NCBI GenBank assembly: GCA_963823035.1
Contig: CAWGKG010000018.1
Location: 448,001-512,000, forward strand
Reading direction: 5' to 3'
From: an uncultured Gemmatimonadales bacterium
GTDB taxonomy: Bacteria > Gemmatimonadota > Gemmatimonadetes > Longimicrobiales > Gaopeijiaceae
DNA length: 64,000 nt
In this document: piece after piece, positions 1 through 15,902 of the stretch
Position numbering within the stretch: the stretch's first letter is position 1
Layout of the letters: each line of letters opens with the position of its first letter
Made by a program: the position numbers and the translations under genes
The notes under the pieces: model-generated
Seen by the model: the letters and a program-made list of their open reading frames with translations, nothing else
Database searches by the model: none
Told to the model about the DNA's origin: nothing

Positions 1-780
1 CTCGTCGCCGTCGCGCTATGGATCCCCGCCGGGCCCGTCGCGGCCCAGACGTCGGGGTCCGAGAGCGTGCTGACGAGCGGAGACGTCGAACGCCTCGTGC
101 GGCAGAGCGACGCGGCACACGCGAGCTTCGATCTCAAGGCAGCCCTGGACTTGCTGGACGACGCGCTCGACGTCGCGCCCGACGACTATGAGGCCCTGTG
201 GCGGGCCACCCGCGAGGCCGTCAACCTCGGTATGCTGGCCTCGTCCGGTGACGACGCCAAGGCATGGTACCAGACCGCGGTAGGTTACGCTCGTCGTGCG
301 CGGGAGGCGAACCCCGAGGGGATCGAGGGAGGGGAGTGGCTCGCGATCGCGCTCGGGCGCGAGGCGCTCCACGAGGGTCCCCGATCACGTGTCCGCATGG
401 CCGTCGAGATCCGTGAAGTGGCGCTCGAGACCCTCGCGCGCGACTCGACCAACGCGGGCGCCCATCACGTCCTCGGTGAATGGAACGCGCAGATTCGCCG
501 GCTCTCCGGCGTCGAGCGATGGATGGCGAGGAAACTGCTCGGCGGCTCCGTCTTCGAGGAGGCGAACTGGGAGGACGCGGAACGCCACCTCCGACTCGCG
601 ATCCGCTTCGACCCCGACGGGCTGATCCACTACCTCGATCTCGCCCGCGTCTATCAGGACACGGGCCGTGAGGAAGACGCCCTGCGGCTCGCGGCCGACG
701 TGCTCGCGAAACCTTCGATCGAGCCCTCGGACGCCCTCACGAAGAAGGAGGCGGAAGCCCTCATCCTCGGGGGCGGATGA
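1..780 (+). CDS. Secreted TPR-like helical repeat protein (5' partial)
   Basis: Frame 1 is open from base 1 (LVAVALWIPAGPVAAQ..., signal-peptide-like). TPR-like helices: YEALWRA, AHHVLGEWN, HYLDLARVY. Confidence 0.65.
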   Translation, partial: LVAVALWIPAGPVAAQTSGSESVLTSGDVERLVRQSDAAHASFDLKAALDLLDDALDVAPDDYEALWRATREAVNLGMLASSGDDAKAWYQTAVGYARRAREANPEGIEGGEWLAIALGREALHEGPRSRVRMAVEIREVALETLARDSTNAGAHHVLGEWNAQIRRLSGVERWMARKLLGGSVFEEANWEDAERHLRLAIRFDPDGLIHYLDLARVYQDTGREEDALRLAADVLAKPSIEPSDALTKKEAEALILGGG

Positions 781-819
781 CACGCCCACCGGCGAGAAGG
801 TCGCGCGTGCAGGGGGACT

Positions 820-1065
820 TCAGGGAACGAGTCTCTTCCGGGCGCCGCGGATCGCGTCGTCCACCTTCACGCGCACGTCGTCGGCCAGGTCATCCCAGCG
901 ATCGGAGGCGGTGTCGCGGAGGTCGTCGGCCTTCTTGCGGATCCGGCGGCGCGTGCGTTTCCCCGGCTCTGGCGCCATGAGCAGAGCGATCCCCGCGCCG
1001 ATGACGGCTCCCAGCAACAGCCCCGAGACGAAGTTGAGCACCTGCGTTTCCTGGTCGTATTCCAT
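820..1065 (-). CDS. YtxH-domain protein
   Basis: FVSGLLLGAVIGAGIALLMAPEPGKRTRRRI is the YtxH signature; GAGAGGGA RBS. Confidence 0.85.
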   Translation of the reverse strand: MEYDQETQVLNFVSGLLLGAVIGAGIALLMAPEPGKRTRRRIRKKADDLRDTASDRWDDLADDVRVKVDDAIRGARKRLVP

Positions 1066-1161
1066 GGTCCCCTCTCTCTCTTGGCCGCGCCTACCATCCG
1101 GCAGGCCGTTTCATGTCCTATATTAGCGGAGGCCGAACTGCCCGACGAGACAGGAGGTTGG

Positions 1162-1704
1162 ATGGACAACACGGCGAGCACGCCCCGGGAGGTCGCCGTC
1201 CCGGTGTCGGTCTTCGCGATACTCCGCAAGGAGCTTGCCACGGAGGTCGGTGCCCTTCCGGCCATCCATGCGCTCCACGCCGCCGGCTACCAGGCCGGAA
1301 CGGAAGCCGCCCAGGCCTTCCCGACGAATGTCGAAGAGGACGTCTCCTCGCTCGCCGAAGGTGACTTCTGGAGCCGCTTCACCTCGTTCTTCGCCAGGCG
1401 CGGATGGGGCACCCTGGCACCCGGCACGTCGCACGCCGCCGTGGGGCTTCTGGAGAGCGCCGACTGGGTCGAGTCCGGCGAGGCCGCGGAGGGGGAGGAT
1501 GCGTCCTGCACCTTCAGCACCGGATACCTCGCGGGCTTCCTGAGCACGCTCGCCGGGGGTCCGGTCGCCGTCCTCGAGGTGTCCTGCCGCGCCCGCGGAG
1601 CCGAGCGCTGCTCGTTCGCATTCGGATCGGCGAGCGCGGTCCACGAGCTCTACGGGTACCTCCTCGAAGGCGAGGACCTCGAGGGGGCGCTCGCGGCGCT
1701 CTAG
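1162..1704 (+). CDS. Stand-alone V4R (4-vinyl reductase) domain protein
   Basis: RRGWG, C-x-F-x-x-GYLAG and EVSCRARGAERCSF motifs; GGAGG RBS before ATG 1162. Confidence 0.8.
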   Translation: MDNTASTPREVAVPVSVFAILRKELATEVGALPAIHALHAAGYQAGTEAAQAFPTNVEEDVSSLAEGDFWSRFTSFFARRGWGTLAPGTSHAAVGLLESADWVESGEAAEGEDASCTFSTGYLAGFLSTLAGGPVAVLEVSCRARGAERCSFAFGSASAVHELYGYLLEGEDLEGALAAL

Positions 1705-1715
1705 GTCTCCATCCC

Positions 1716-2138
1716 ATGCGTGTGCTCGGCATCGACTTCGGGGAGAAGCGCATCGGCCTGGCCTTGAGCGACCCCACCGGTACCCTCGCGGCTCCTCTGG
1801 AGACGGTGAGCCGGCGCAGGGGAAAGCGGCCGCCCCTCCGCCGTCTCGAGGAGATCGGGCGGGAGCACGAGGTCCAGCACATCGTCGTCGGACTCCCCCT
1901 CGACCTCGGCGGGAACGAGACCCCATGGTGCGGGGAAGTACGCGCCATGGGAGACGAGCTCGCTGCCCGCATGGAGGTCCCGGTGGACTACGTCGATGAG
2001 CGCTTCACGTCGGCGCGGGCGGAACGCGCCATCCGCTCGATCGGGCTCCCCAAGGGTCGGCGCGAGGAGAAGGGGCGCGTGGACGCCGCCGCGGCGGCGT
2101 TGATCCTCCAGGCCTGGCTCGATCGGAGTCCTTCGTGA
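1716..2138 (+). CDS. ruvX: Holliday junction resolvase-like / pre-16S rRNA nuclease RuvX (YqgF)
   Basis: MRVLGIDFGEKRIGLALSD, VVGLP, VDERFTS, VDAAAAALILQAWLD. Confidence 0.93.
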   Translation: MRVLGIDFGEKRIGLALSDPTGTLAAPLETVSRRRGKRPPLRRLEEIGREHEVQHIVVGLPLDLGGNETPWCGEVRAMGDELAARMEVPVDYVDERFTSARAERAIRSIGLPKGRREEKGRVDAAAAALILQAWLDRSPS

Positions 2139-3134
2139 AGCGTCGGTCCGCGGCGCTCGTGGGCGTCCTGCTCCTGGCAGCGTGCGGTGGCTCGGAGCCG
2201 GGAGATCCGGTGGAGATCCAGGTGCCACGAGGGGCGAGCTTCTCCGTCGTGGTCGACACGCTGCACGACCGCGGGATCGTTGGATGGCCGCGCCTGTTCC
2301 GCGTCTACGCGCGCCTCAGGGGGGACGACGAGCGCGTGAAGGCGGGGCGCTACGCCCTGTCGACCGGACGAAGCTGGTCCGACCTCCTCGAGGACCTCAC
2401 GAGGGGGAGGGTCGTCACCGAGCCCCTCACGATTCCGGAAGGCTTCCGCCTCAGGCAGATCGCCCCGCGCGTAGCTGCCCTGACCGAGCTTTCAGAAGAC
2501 ACCGTGCTCGGCCGGCTCGAAGCCGCCGGGGCCGACACCGTCTACGGCGTGCCGGGCCCTGGACTGGAGGGATACCTCTTCCCCGACACGTACCTCTTCG
2601 CGGCGGGCGTGCCCCTGGACACGGTGCTCCGCGCCATGGCGCGGCGGTACGAGCGGACATGGACCCCCGAGCGGAGGGTACTCCTCGATTCGATCGGTCT
2701 CTCCGAGCAGGAGGCGGTGACGCTGGCATCCATCGTACAGGCCGAGGCCCGCCTCCCCGAGGAGATGCCGCGCATCGCGAGCGTGTACCTCAACCGCTTG
2801 CGAGCTCGGATGGCTTCTCCAGGCGGACCCCACCGTGCTCTACGCGCTGGGCGGGCCCCGCGACCGCCTCCTCTTCGCGGCGATCGACTCCGTCGCCGAC
2901 GATCCGTACAACACGTACACCCAGGCCGGACTTCCTCCCGGTCCCATCGGCGCCCCCGGGGAGGCGGCCATCGACGCCGTGCTCCATCCATCCGGGGAGG
3001 CGTTCCTCTACTTCGTCGCCTGGCCGGACGGCAGCCATCACTTCAGCCGCACCCTCGCGGAGCACAACCGAGCGGTGGCCGAGGCCCGGAGGGCGCGGGC
3101 GAGCGACGCCGGACCCGACTCCCGAGCGCGGTGA
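2135..3134 (+). CDS. mltG: Endolytic transglycosylase MltG (frameshift near 2812, probably a sequencing error)
   Basis: LTIPEG, LEGYLFPDTY, LASIVQAEA in one frame; LQADPTVLY, PYNTY..GLPPGPI, FLYFVA in the next. Confidence 0.9.
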
Positions 3135-3769
3135 ACGCCGGCGAGCTGGCGGTCGCTCTGCGCGTGCTGGTGATCACCGACCAGCGCCTCGCGGGAGCAC
3201 GTGGCGTCGCGAAGGTGGTCGAGGCCGCGCTCGAGGCGGGAGCGCGGTCCGTCCAGCTTCGCAACAAGGGCGAGAGCGCCCGCCAGCTCGTCGCCGTCGG
3301 GCGCGAGCTACGTGCGATGACCCGGTCGAAGGGAGCGCTCCTCTTCGTCAACGATCGACTGGACGTCGCGCTGGCGCTCGAGGCGGACGGCGTCCACCTC
3401 GGTCCCGACGACCTCCCGGTGGCCGCGGTCCGCGCGGTCGTGCCACCGGAGTTCCTGATCGGCCGATCCGCGGACGACCCCGGGTGGCGCGCCAGGCGGT
3501 CGCGGAGGGGGCGGACTACATCGGCTGCGGCACGGTCTACGCCACCAGCACGAAGGCCGATGCGGGGGCGGTGATCGGGCTCCAGGGTCTTCAGGCGGGT
3601 CGCCGGCGCGGTGCGGGTACCCGTCGTCGGGATCGGTGGGATCACGGTGGCGCGTGCGGCCGAGGTCGCCCGAACCGGCGCAGCCGGCGTGGCGGTGGTG
3701 GGCGCGGTGATGGGCGCGGCGGATCCGGGTGAGGCCGTTCGCGGCCTGCGCGCGGCCTTTCTGCCCTGA
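3131..3769 (+). CDS. thiE: Thiamine-phosphate synthase (two compensating frameshifts near 3480 and 3597)
   Basis: VQLRNK, LFVNDRLD, GVHLGPDD, GADYIGCG, T.TK, VVGIGGI across frames. Confidence 0.88.
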
Positions 3770-3770
3770 C

Positions 3771-3819
3771 GCAAAGAGAACGCCCCCGGGACGCGAGTAA
3801 GAGCGAAGCGGGGGCGTTC
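3771..3819 (-). terminator. Intrinsic terminator of the 23S-5S transcript (possibly bidirectional with thiE)
   Basis: 11-bp stem GAACGCCCCCG/CGGGGGCGTTC followed by TCTTTG on the minus strand. Confidence 0.6.
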
Positions 3820-3827
3820 AGCAAGGA

Positions 3828-3943
3828 GTCGGCGGCGACGTACTCTCCCACCGAGCTGCCCCGGCAGTACCATCCGCGCTGTAGGGCTTAACGACCGTGT
3901 TCGGGATGGGAACGGGTGTATCCCCTACGCTAAAGCCACCGAC
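3828..3943 (-). rRNA. rrf: 5S ribosomal RNA
   Basis: Minus strand contains CCCGTTCCCATCCCGAACACGGTCGTTAAG and GGGAGAGTACGTCGCCGCCG; terminal helix pairs; ~116 nt. Confidence 0.96.
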
Positions 3944-4240
3944 AAATCCTGAGGCGGGCCGTTGAAATCGGCGCAGGAGGTCGTTGGGCTCCGGGCGCCG
4001 ACCTGCGACGTACCTTTCGGTACGCCTCGGTCGTCGTCCTCGCTCGCCTACTCCTGCATCCGAATTGAACGGCCCCAGTACAACGTGGTTTGTGGGGCCG
4101 TTCTTCGGCCTGCAAAAGAAAAGGACAGAGGTGGAGTAGAGAGAGTGCGAGCCCAGGTTCCCGTTGGGGTCCCACGGATGGGTCCCCGGGAAGTGGCGGC
4201 GCAATCGTGTGATGATGTGAAACTGGATGGGGAGAGGAGC

Positions 4241-7213
<2,973 letters not shown>

Positions 7214-7390
7214 GATGGCTCCTTGCTTGCCCCTATGGGCTGCAATTCCCCTCCAGTCACACCAGAAAGCCGTCACTTCCTTTCCTGCTTGCTTCACGGG
7301 CTTCGGCTACTTCGCCCCGGACCGCGCGACCTTACTGCGCTTAGGACGACCTAGCCTCAACCTAAGGCTCTCACTTCCCTACTCCACCTC

Positions 7391-7405
7391 TGTTTTCAAA
7401 AAGCT
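7391..7405 (-). promoter_or_regulatory. boxA-like antitermination element in the rRNA leader
   Basis: AGCTTTTTGAAAACA on the minus strand resembles rrn boxA (TGCTCTTTAACA), ~55 nt after the promoter. Confidence 0.55.
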
Positions 7406-7459
7406 CGTTTGGGCTCCGCGCGGACGCCCGGCATGACCAGGCTTCCGGTGGAGCAGGTA

Positions 7460-7488
7460 AAGATAGAGCAACGGAAGGGGTCGGTCAA
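7460..7488 (-). promoter_or_regulatory. Sigma70-type promoter of the 23S-5S unit
   Basis: TTGACC-N17-TATCTT on the minus strand. Confidence 0.75.
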
Positions 7489-7503
7489 CGTGACGAAACC
7501 CGG

Positions 7504-8322
7504 TCAGATCCCGCCTTCCGCGAGAAGCTTCTCGACCTCGTCTCCGCTGACGAAGAAATCGCCCAGGACGTAGCCGGATTCGGGCGTGTGCCAGTCCGAT
7601 CCCCCGCTCTTCAGGAGGCCCGTCGTGCGGCAGATCGACTCGAGGCGCAGCACGTCGTTGCGACCGTGCGAGGGCCGGTAGATCTCGAGACCGCGCAGCC
7701 CGGCGCTGGTCATGCCGGGAAGCAGTGCGTCGATGACGTCGCCGGGCGGATGGGCCCACACCGGGACGCCCCCTCCGTCCCGGACGAGGCGCACCGCCTC
7801 CTCCGGCCCGAGCAGCGCAGTGGGCACGAAGGCCGGGTGCTGATCGCCGATGAGCGAGTTGAAGGCGTCCAGGACGGACGAAGCGTAGCCGCGCTTCACC
7901 AACGCGCGGGCCAGATGGGGGCGCCCGAGGTTCACGCGGTCGGGACCGGCCGCCGCCTCCACATCGTCGAAGGAGACCTCCACCCCCTGGGATCGGAGTC
8001 GGGCCACCATCTCACGCATGCGCTCGTCGCGCCGCTCGCCGGCTCGGCGCGCGTGGACCTGAAGGGCCTCGGAGAGCGGGTCCACGAAGTAGCCGAGCAC
8101 GTGGACGTCCCGGCCCTGCCAGGTCGAGCTCACCTCGAGGGCGGGGACCACCTGGACGTTGTGCGCCGCGCCCGCCGCCTGGGCGGCGGCCACACCGGCC
8201 ACCGTGTCGTGATCGGCGATCGCGATGACGTCGAGCCCGCCGCGGGCGGCACCCTCCACGACCTTCTCGGGAGACCACGCCCCGTCGGACGCCGTGGTGT
8301 GGATGTGGAGGTCGAGCCTCAT
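7504..8322 (-). CDS. PHP-domain phosphoesterase, YciV/TrpH (RNase AM)-like
   Basis: DLHIHTTASDG, IADHDT, HVLGY, GRPHLARAL, AHP and GGSDWH motifs. Confidence 0.88.
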   Translation of the reverse strand: MRLDLHIHTTASDGAWSPEKVVEGAARGGLDVIAIADHDTVAGVAAAQAAGAAHNVQVVPALEVSSTWQGRDVHVLGYFVDPLSEALQVHARRAGERRDERMREMVARLRSQGVEVSFDDVEAAAGPDRVNLGRPHLARALVKRGYASSVLDAFNSLIGDQHPAFVPTALLGPEEAVRLVRDGGGVPVWAHPPGDVIDALLPGMTSAGLRGLEIYRPSHGRNDVLRLESICRTTGLLKSGGSDWHTPESGYVLGDFFVSGDEVEKLLAEGGI

Positions 8323-8354
8323 GCGTCACTCGGCCGCCTTCCGGCCCCGTGCTG

Positions 8355-8696
8355 CTAGACGAGGGGGTTTCCGGCGTTCGCCAGAACGTCCTCCGGGTGG
8401 ATGATCGCCTCCGGAGGAACCGTCTCGGGAGGCTCGTCTCCGGCGTACTCGGTGAGGATCGTCACCTGGTCGTCCTGCACCTTCAGCACGCCCCCGGCGA
8501 CGTACCACTTCGTGCTCCCCCCGCCCTCCGCCTCGATCGACAGCTCGCCATGTCCGAGCAGCGCGAGGAAGGGCGCGTGCTGCGGGAGGATGCCGATCTT
8601 CCCGTCCCACGCCGGGACCACCAGCGCGGAGGCTTCGCCCTCCCACACGACGCGGTCGGGCGAGACGACCCGGACGCGCAGCACGCGGTCCGCCAT
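8355..8696 (-). CDS. atpC: ATP synthase epsilon subunit (short)
   Basis: VVSPDR, GILPQHAP, VAGGVL; follows atpD. Confidence 0.9.
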   Translation of the reverse strand: MADRVLRVRVVSPDRVVWEGEASALVVPAWDGKIGILPQHAPFLALLGHGELSIEAEGGGSTKWYVAGGVLKVQDDQVTILTEYAGDEPPETVPPEAIIHPEDVLANAGNPLV

Positions 8697-8698
8697 GG

Positions 8699-10171
<1,473 letters not shown>

Positions 10172-11032
10172 TCACTCGAGGCCTGCGGCGCCGCCGACGA
10201 TCTCGGCGATTTCCTGCGTGATCTGGCCCTGGCGGGCCCGGTTGTACGTCCGGGTGAGGTTCTCGAGCATCTCCCCGGCGTTGTCCGTCGCGTTCTTCAT
10301 CGCGGTGCGCTGCGCTCCCTGGAACGCGGCCGCGTTCTCCACCAGCGCCGTGTAGATCGCGTTGCGCACATACACGGGGAGGATCCGCTCCAGGATCATG
10401 TCCCCCGGCGGTGAAAGCATGAAGCTGTCGGCCGAAGTGGAGCTGGCCTCCGGGCGTATGGGCAGGAGCTCGCGTGCGCGGGCCGGTGCCGACATCGCGG
10501 AGCGGAACTCCGAGCTGACCACGTACACCGCGTCCAGCCTTCCCGCCTCGAAGTGCGCGCGGAGGGGTCCGATCAGAGACTCCGCGTCGTCGACGGTGGG
10601 GGCCTCGCCGATGTCCAGCCGCTGGGTCTCCATCGGCTCCCCCCGGAAACGGAAGAACGCGATGCCCTTCTTCCCCGCGATGTGCAGCTCCGTTTCGATC
10701 CCTTCCCCCCGCAGCTTCGCGAGGAGGTTCCTGGCCTCGCGGATGAGGTTGGCGTTGAACGCCCCCGCCAGCCCGCGGTTGGCCGTGAGGAGGAAGATCG
10801 CGGCGCGCTTCGTCTCGACGGGCCGCCGGAGGATGGGGAAGCGCTCGGCGAGCGCCGGGGAATAGAGGCCCCGGACGATGTCCCCCAGTGCCTCCGAATA
10901 CGGCCTCGCAGCATACACGCGGTCCGTCGCCCGCTTGAGCTTCGAGGTCGCCACGAGCTCCATGGTGCGCGTGATCTGCCGGGTGTTCTCCACCGACTTG
11001 ATCCGTCGCTTGACTTCCCTGGCGCCAGCCAC
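10172..11032 (-). CDS. atpG: ATP synthase gamma subunit
   Basis: KRRIKSV..ITRTM, RGLAGAFN, AMKNATDNA, NRARQ..ITQEIAEIVGGA. Confidence 0.98.
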   Translation of the reverse strand: MAGAREVKRRIKSVENTRQITRTMELVATSKLKRATDRVYAARPYSEALGDIVRGLYSPALAERFPILRRPVETKRAAIFLLTANRGLAGAFNANLIREARNLLAKLRGEGIETELHIAGKKGIAFFRFRGEPMETQRLDIGEAPTVDDAESLIGPLRAHFEAGRLDAVYVVSSEFRSAMSAPARARELLPIRPEASSTSADSFMLSPPGDMILERILPVYVRNAIYTALVENAAAFQGAQRTAMKNATDNAGEMLENLTRTYNRARQGQITQEIAEIVGGAAGLE

Positions 11033-11068
11033 GTGTTCGTCCCCTCCAGGTGGTCGGGAGTCGCCGGA

Positions 11069-12643
<1,575 letters not shown>

Positions 12644-12676
12644 CGTATTCTGTCGAATCCTGAGTGATGGGGGTCG

Positions 12677-13240
12677 TCAGCCCTGCCCCACGGCAGGTAG
12701 CTGGGCCTTCATGAGCTGGCGGCGCATCCCTTCCAGCCTTCTGCGGAGCGACCCGTCGTAGATCGTGTCTCCGGCGCGGACGACCACGCCCCCGAGGATC
12801 GCCGGCTTCACCCGCACATGGGGGATCGCCGTCTTGCCGAGCAACTTCGTCAGCCGGTCCGCGAGAAGGCCGCGTGTGGCGTCGTCCATGGGTCGAGCGA
12901 GCGTCACCTCGACGTGGGCCCGCCCCTCGTGCTCGTCCAGCCGCGCCGCGTACTCCCGCGCGATCGCACGCAGGAGGCGCTGGCGGCGCTTGTCGATCGT
13001 GATCAGCAGGAAACGCACGAGCGGTACCGGCAACTCGTCGCCGAAGATCTTCCGCACGACCTTCTTCTTGTCGGTATCGGCGATCCGCGGCGTCTCCAGA
13101 AAGAGGCGGAACCTGGGGTTCTCGTCGAGCAACCGAGCCACGGTGTCGATACCCTCGGCGAACGCGTCCAGCCCGTCGTGGCGCTGGGCGAGCTCGAAGA
13201 GCGTGTCGGCGTAGTTGCGTGCGACGGTCTCGTCTCTCAT
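12677..13240 (-). CDS. atpH: ATP synthase delta subunit
   Basis: VARNYADTLF, ILGGVVV..GD.IYDGS. Confidence 0.95.
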   Translation of the reverse strand: MRDETVARNYADTLFELAQRHDGLDAFAEGIDTVARLLDENPRFRLFLETPRIADTDKKKVVRKIFGDELPVPLVRFLLITIDKRRQRLLRAIAREYAARLDEHEGRAHVEVTLARPMDDATRGLLADRLTKLLGKTAIPHVRVKPAILGGVVVRAGDTIYDGSLRRRLEGMRRQLMKAQLPAVGQG

Positions 13241-13851
13241 GCCTGCGCCTCGGGCGCCCCCTGGCCCTCGGCCAGCTCGTCGAGGAACCGCTCGACCAGC
13301 TGACGGTCCTTGGCCTGGTCGAGGTGTTCGTGCATCAGCCGCGAGGCCGCCGCCAACGCGAGATCCACGGACTCCTTGCGCAGGGCCTCCAGCGCCGCGT
13401 CGCGCTCGCGCTGGATGTCCTGCCTGGCACGCTCCACGATGCCCTGGCCCTCGGCCCGGGCCTTCTCCTCCATCTCCTTGCGCAGGCGATCGCCGGCGGC
13501 CCGCCCTTCGGCCAGGATCTCACCCGCCTGGCGGCGTGCGTCGGCGAGCTGACGGCGGTGCTCGTCCAGCAGCTTCTCCGCCTCCGCCTGGCGTGCGGCT
13601 GCCTGATCCAACGCGTTCTGGATCCCCTTCTCCCGCGCATCCACGGCGGCGAGGATGGGGCCCCAGGCGAACTTGCCGAGCAGGAAGAGCAGCCCGGCGA
13701 ACACCAGCAGCGTCCAGACGCTGAGTCCGGTATTGATGTCGAACAGGCTCGGCTCGGCCGCCCCCTCGGCGCCGTGCTCCTGGGCCAGCAAGGCCAGGGG
13801 CGACGTCGCGAGGAACGCGAGCGCGGCCGGTAGGATCCGACGGGCTCTCAT
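13237..13851 (-). CDS. atpF: ATP synthase b subunit
   Basis: WTLLVF..LGKFAWGPI..DAREKGI followed by a coiled coil. Confidence 0.95.
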   Translation of the reverse strand: MRARRILPAALAFLATSPLALLAQEHGAEGAAEPSLFDINTGLSVWTLLVFAGLLFLLGKFAWGPILAAVDAREKGIQNALDQAAARQAEAEKLLDEHRRQLADARRQAGEILAEGRAAGDRLRKEMEEKARAEGQGIVERARQDIQRERDAALEALRKESVDLALAAASRLMHEHLDQAKDRQLVERFLDELAEGQGAPEAQA

Positions 13852-13957
13852 AGGTCTCTCCAGAGGTTTCCCTGATCGCCCCCGCCCCGCGTGCGGTGCA
13901 CGGGAGCGCAGGCGGTCGATACCGGCCGCACGGGCGGCCGGTCCGTACCGGTCCAGG

Positions 13958-14299
<342 letters not shown>

Positions 14300-15229
14300 T
14301 CAGTGTGCGTGGCGGATCAGACCGATGAAGACCGCCGAGAGCATCGCGAAGATGTACGCCTGCAGGAACGCGACGAACACTTCGAGGATCATGAACGCCC
14401 AGACCATGCCGACGGACGCGCCGGCGATGGCCCACCTGCCGATGGCGATGTTGGCGAACAGGAAGATCATGCCGAGCAGCGACAGCACCAGCGTGTGGCC
14501 CGCGGTCATGTTCGCGAAGAGCCGGATCATGAGCGCGAAGGGCTTGGTGAGCTTCCCCAGGAACTCCACCGGGGTGAGGATCACCAGCATGATGGCCTGT
14601 CCCCACTTCGGCATCCCCGGCGGCGCGTAGAAGATCGTCTTCATGTAGCCCGAGAAGCCGAGCGCGCGCATGCCGGAGATCTCCACCACCACGAACGTCA
14701 CGAGGGCCAGGGCGCCGGTGACGCTGAGGTTCCCGGTGGGCGTCGAGCCGAACGGCACGAGGCCCATCAGGTTCATCGCGAGGATGAAGAAGAAGAGCGA
14801 CAGGATGTAGGGTGTGTATCCGTCGGCCCCGTGGCCGATGTTGCGCCGCACCACCTCGTCCCGGAAGAAGAGGATCAGCGCCTCCATCGCGTTCGCGAAG
14901 CCCTTGGGTGCGCGATCGGTGTAGCGCTTGCGCATGACGCTGGCGATCGGGATGAAGACCGCCAGCACGATGATCGCGGCGAGAACCACGAAGAAGATGT
15001 GCTTCGTGGGCGAGAGGTCGAGCGTCAGGCCCCCGATGTGGATCGGCGGGAGCGCGAAGCGCTCCAGGTCGAGCGTGAACCCCTTCCCCAGCAGCGTGAA
15101 GGAGATCTCCTTGCCGTCGGCCAGGTGGTGCATCAGCATCGCCTGGAGGTCGGGGCTCTCCTGCGCGCCCGCGTCGTGCGCGGCCTGCGCCCCACCCTGC
15201 AGTGCGTTCAGCAGTCCCAGCAGCGTCAT
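14300..15229 (-). CDS. atpB: ATP synthase a subunit
   Basis: NLMGLVP, KPFALMIRLFANMTAGH, LEVFVAFLQAYIF. Confidence 0.97.
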   Translation of the reverse strand: MTLLGLLNALQGGAQAAHDAGAQESPDLQAMLMHHLADGKEISFTLLGKGFTLDLERFALPPIHIGGLTLDLSPTKHIFFVVLAAIIVLAVFIPIASVMRKRYTDRAPKGFANAMEALILFFRDEVVRRNIGHGADGYTPYILSLFFFILAMNLMGLVPFGSTPTGNLSVTGALALVTFVVVEISGMRALGFSGYMKTIFYAPPGMPKWGQAIMLVILTPVEFLGKLTKPFALMIRLFANMTAGHTLVLSLLGMIFLFANIAIGRWAIAGASVGMVWAFMILEVFVAFLQAYIFAMLSAVFIGLIRHAH

Positions 15230-15244
15230 CTCGCCTCGGCGCCC

Positions 15245-15613
15245 TCAGGTCGTTTCGCCCGCCCGGGGCCGGAAGTACACCGGCTCGAGCAGGAGTAGTC
15301 CAAAGAAGAATCCGGCCAGCGCGAAGAGCATCGGGATCGTCCCCGCCGCCTCGCTCCGGATGCCGAACACCGCGACGACCGCGATCACCGCCATCCTGAC
15401 CAGGGTGCTCCCCGCCCACACGGCGAGGAAACCGCTCACGTGGCCCCGGAAGCGCAGCAGCAACCAGAAAGCAACGACCTGCACGGAGAGCGCGATCACA
15501 CCCGCGGCGACGACACCCACCCGACCGTCCGCCCCGAGAAAGGGCCAGAGGGCGAGGGTGACGAGCGCGATGCCCGCCGAGCCCACGAGGGCGTACCTGA
15601 GGGGAGCGCTCAC
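15245..15613 (-). CDS. ATP synthase protein I-like membrane protein
   Basis: Four hydrophobic segments; GTG overlaps the upstream stop; position just before atpB. Confidence 0.65.
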   Translation of the reverse strand: MSAPLRYALVGSAGIALVTLALWPFLGADGRVGVVAAGVIALSVQVVAFWLLLRFRGHVSGFLAVWAGSTLVRMAVIAVVAVFGIRSEAAGTIPMLFALAGFFFGLLLLEPVYFRPRAGETT

Positions 15614-15861
15614 CGATCCGTATCCGAGCGTTGCCGTGGTTCGATCACGATGTGGTAGTACAGGCTGTAGAATCCGGCACCGGCCCCGACGAACGCTCCG
15701 ATCAGCAGGAGCCACGGCGACGTGCCCAACTTGCCGTCCAACCACGCCCCCGCGCCCAGGAAGAGCATCACAGCCAGCGCCCAGGTGAGCCCGTAGCCCA
15801 TGTACTGGCCGGAGGCTCTGAGGAGGTCGCGGGGATCAGCCCCTTTCTGGTCTCCGGACAC
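15610..15861 (-). CDS. AtpZ/AtpI family protein
   Basis: G.WLD.KLGTSPWLLLIG..VG..AGF motif; first gene of the atp operon. Confidence 0.85.
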   Translation of the reverse strand: MSGDQKGADPRDLLRASGQYMGYGLTWALAVMLFLGAGAWLDGKLGTSPWLLLIGAFVGAGAGFYSLYYHIVIEPRQRSDTDR

Positions 15862-15902
15862 AATCCGCTCCGTCTTGCCCTAGAGCCTGCGGAAGCTAGC
15901 GC

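Noticed and set aside
3944..4240. tRNA or separate ncRNA in the ~300-bp 23S-5S spacer
   Set aside because: Only short hairpins and the processing-stalk arm; no cloverleaf or TTCGA T-loop.
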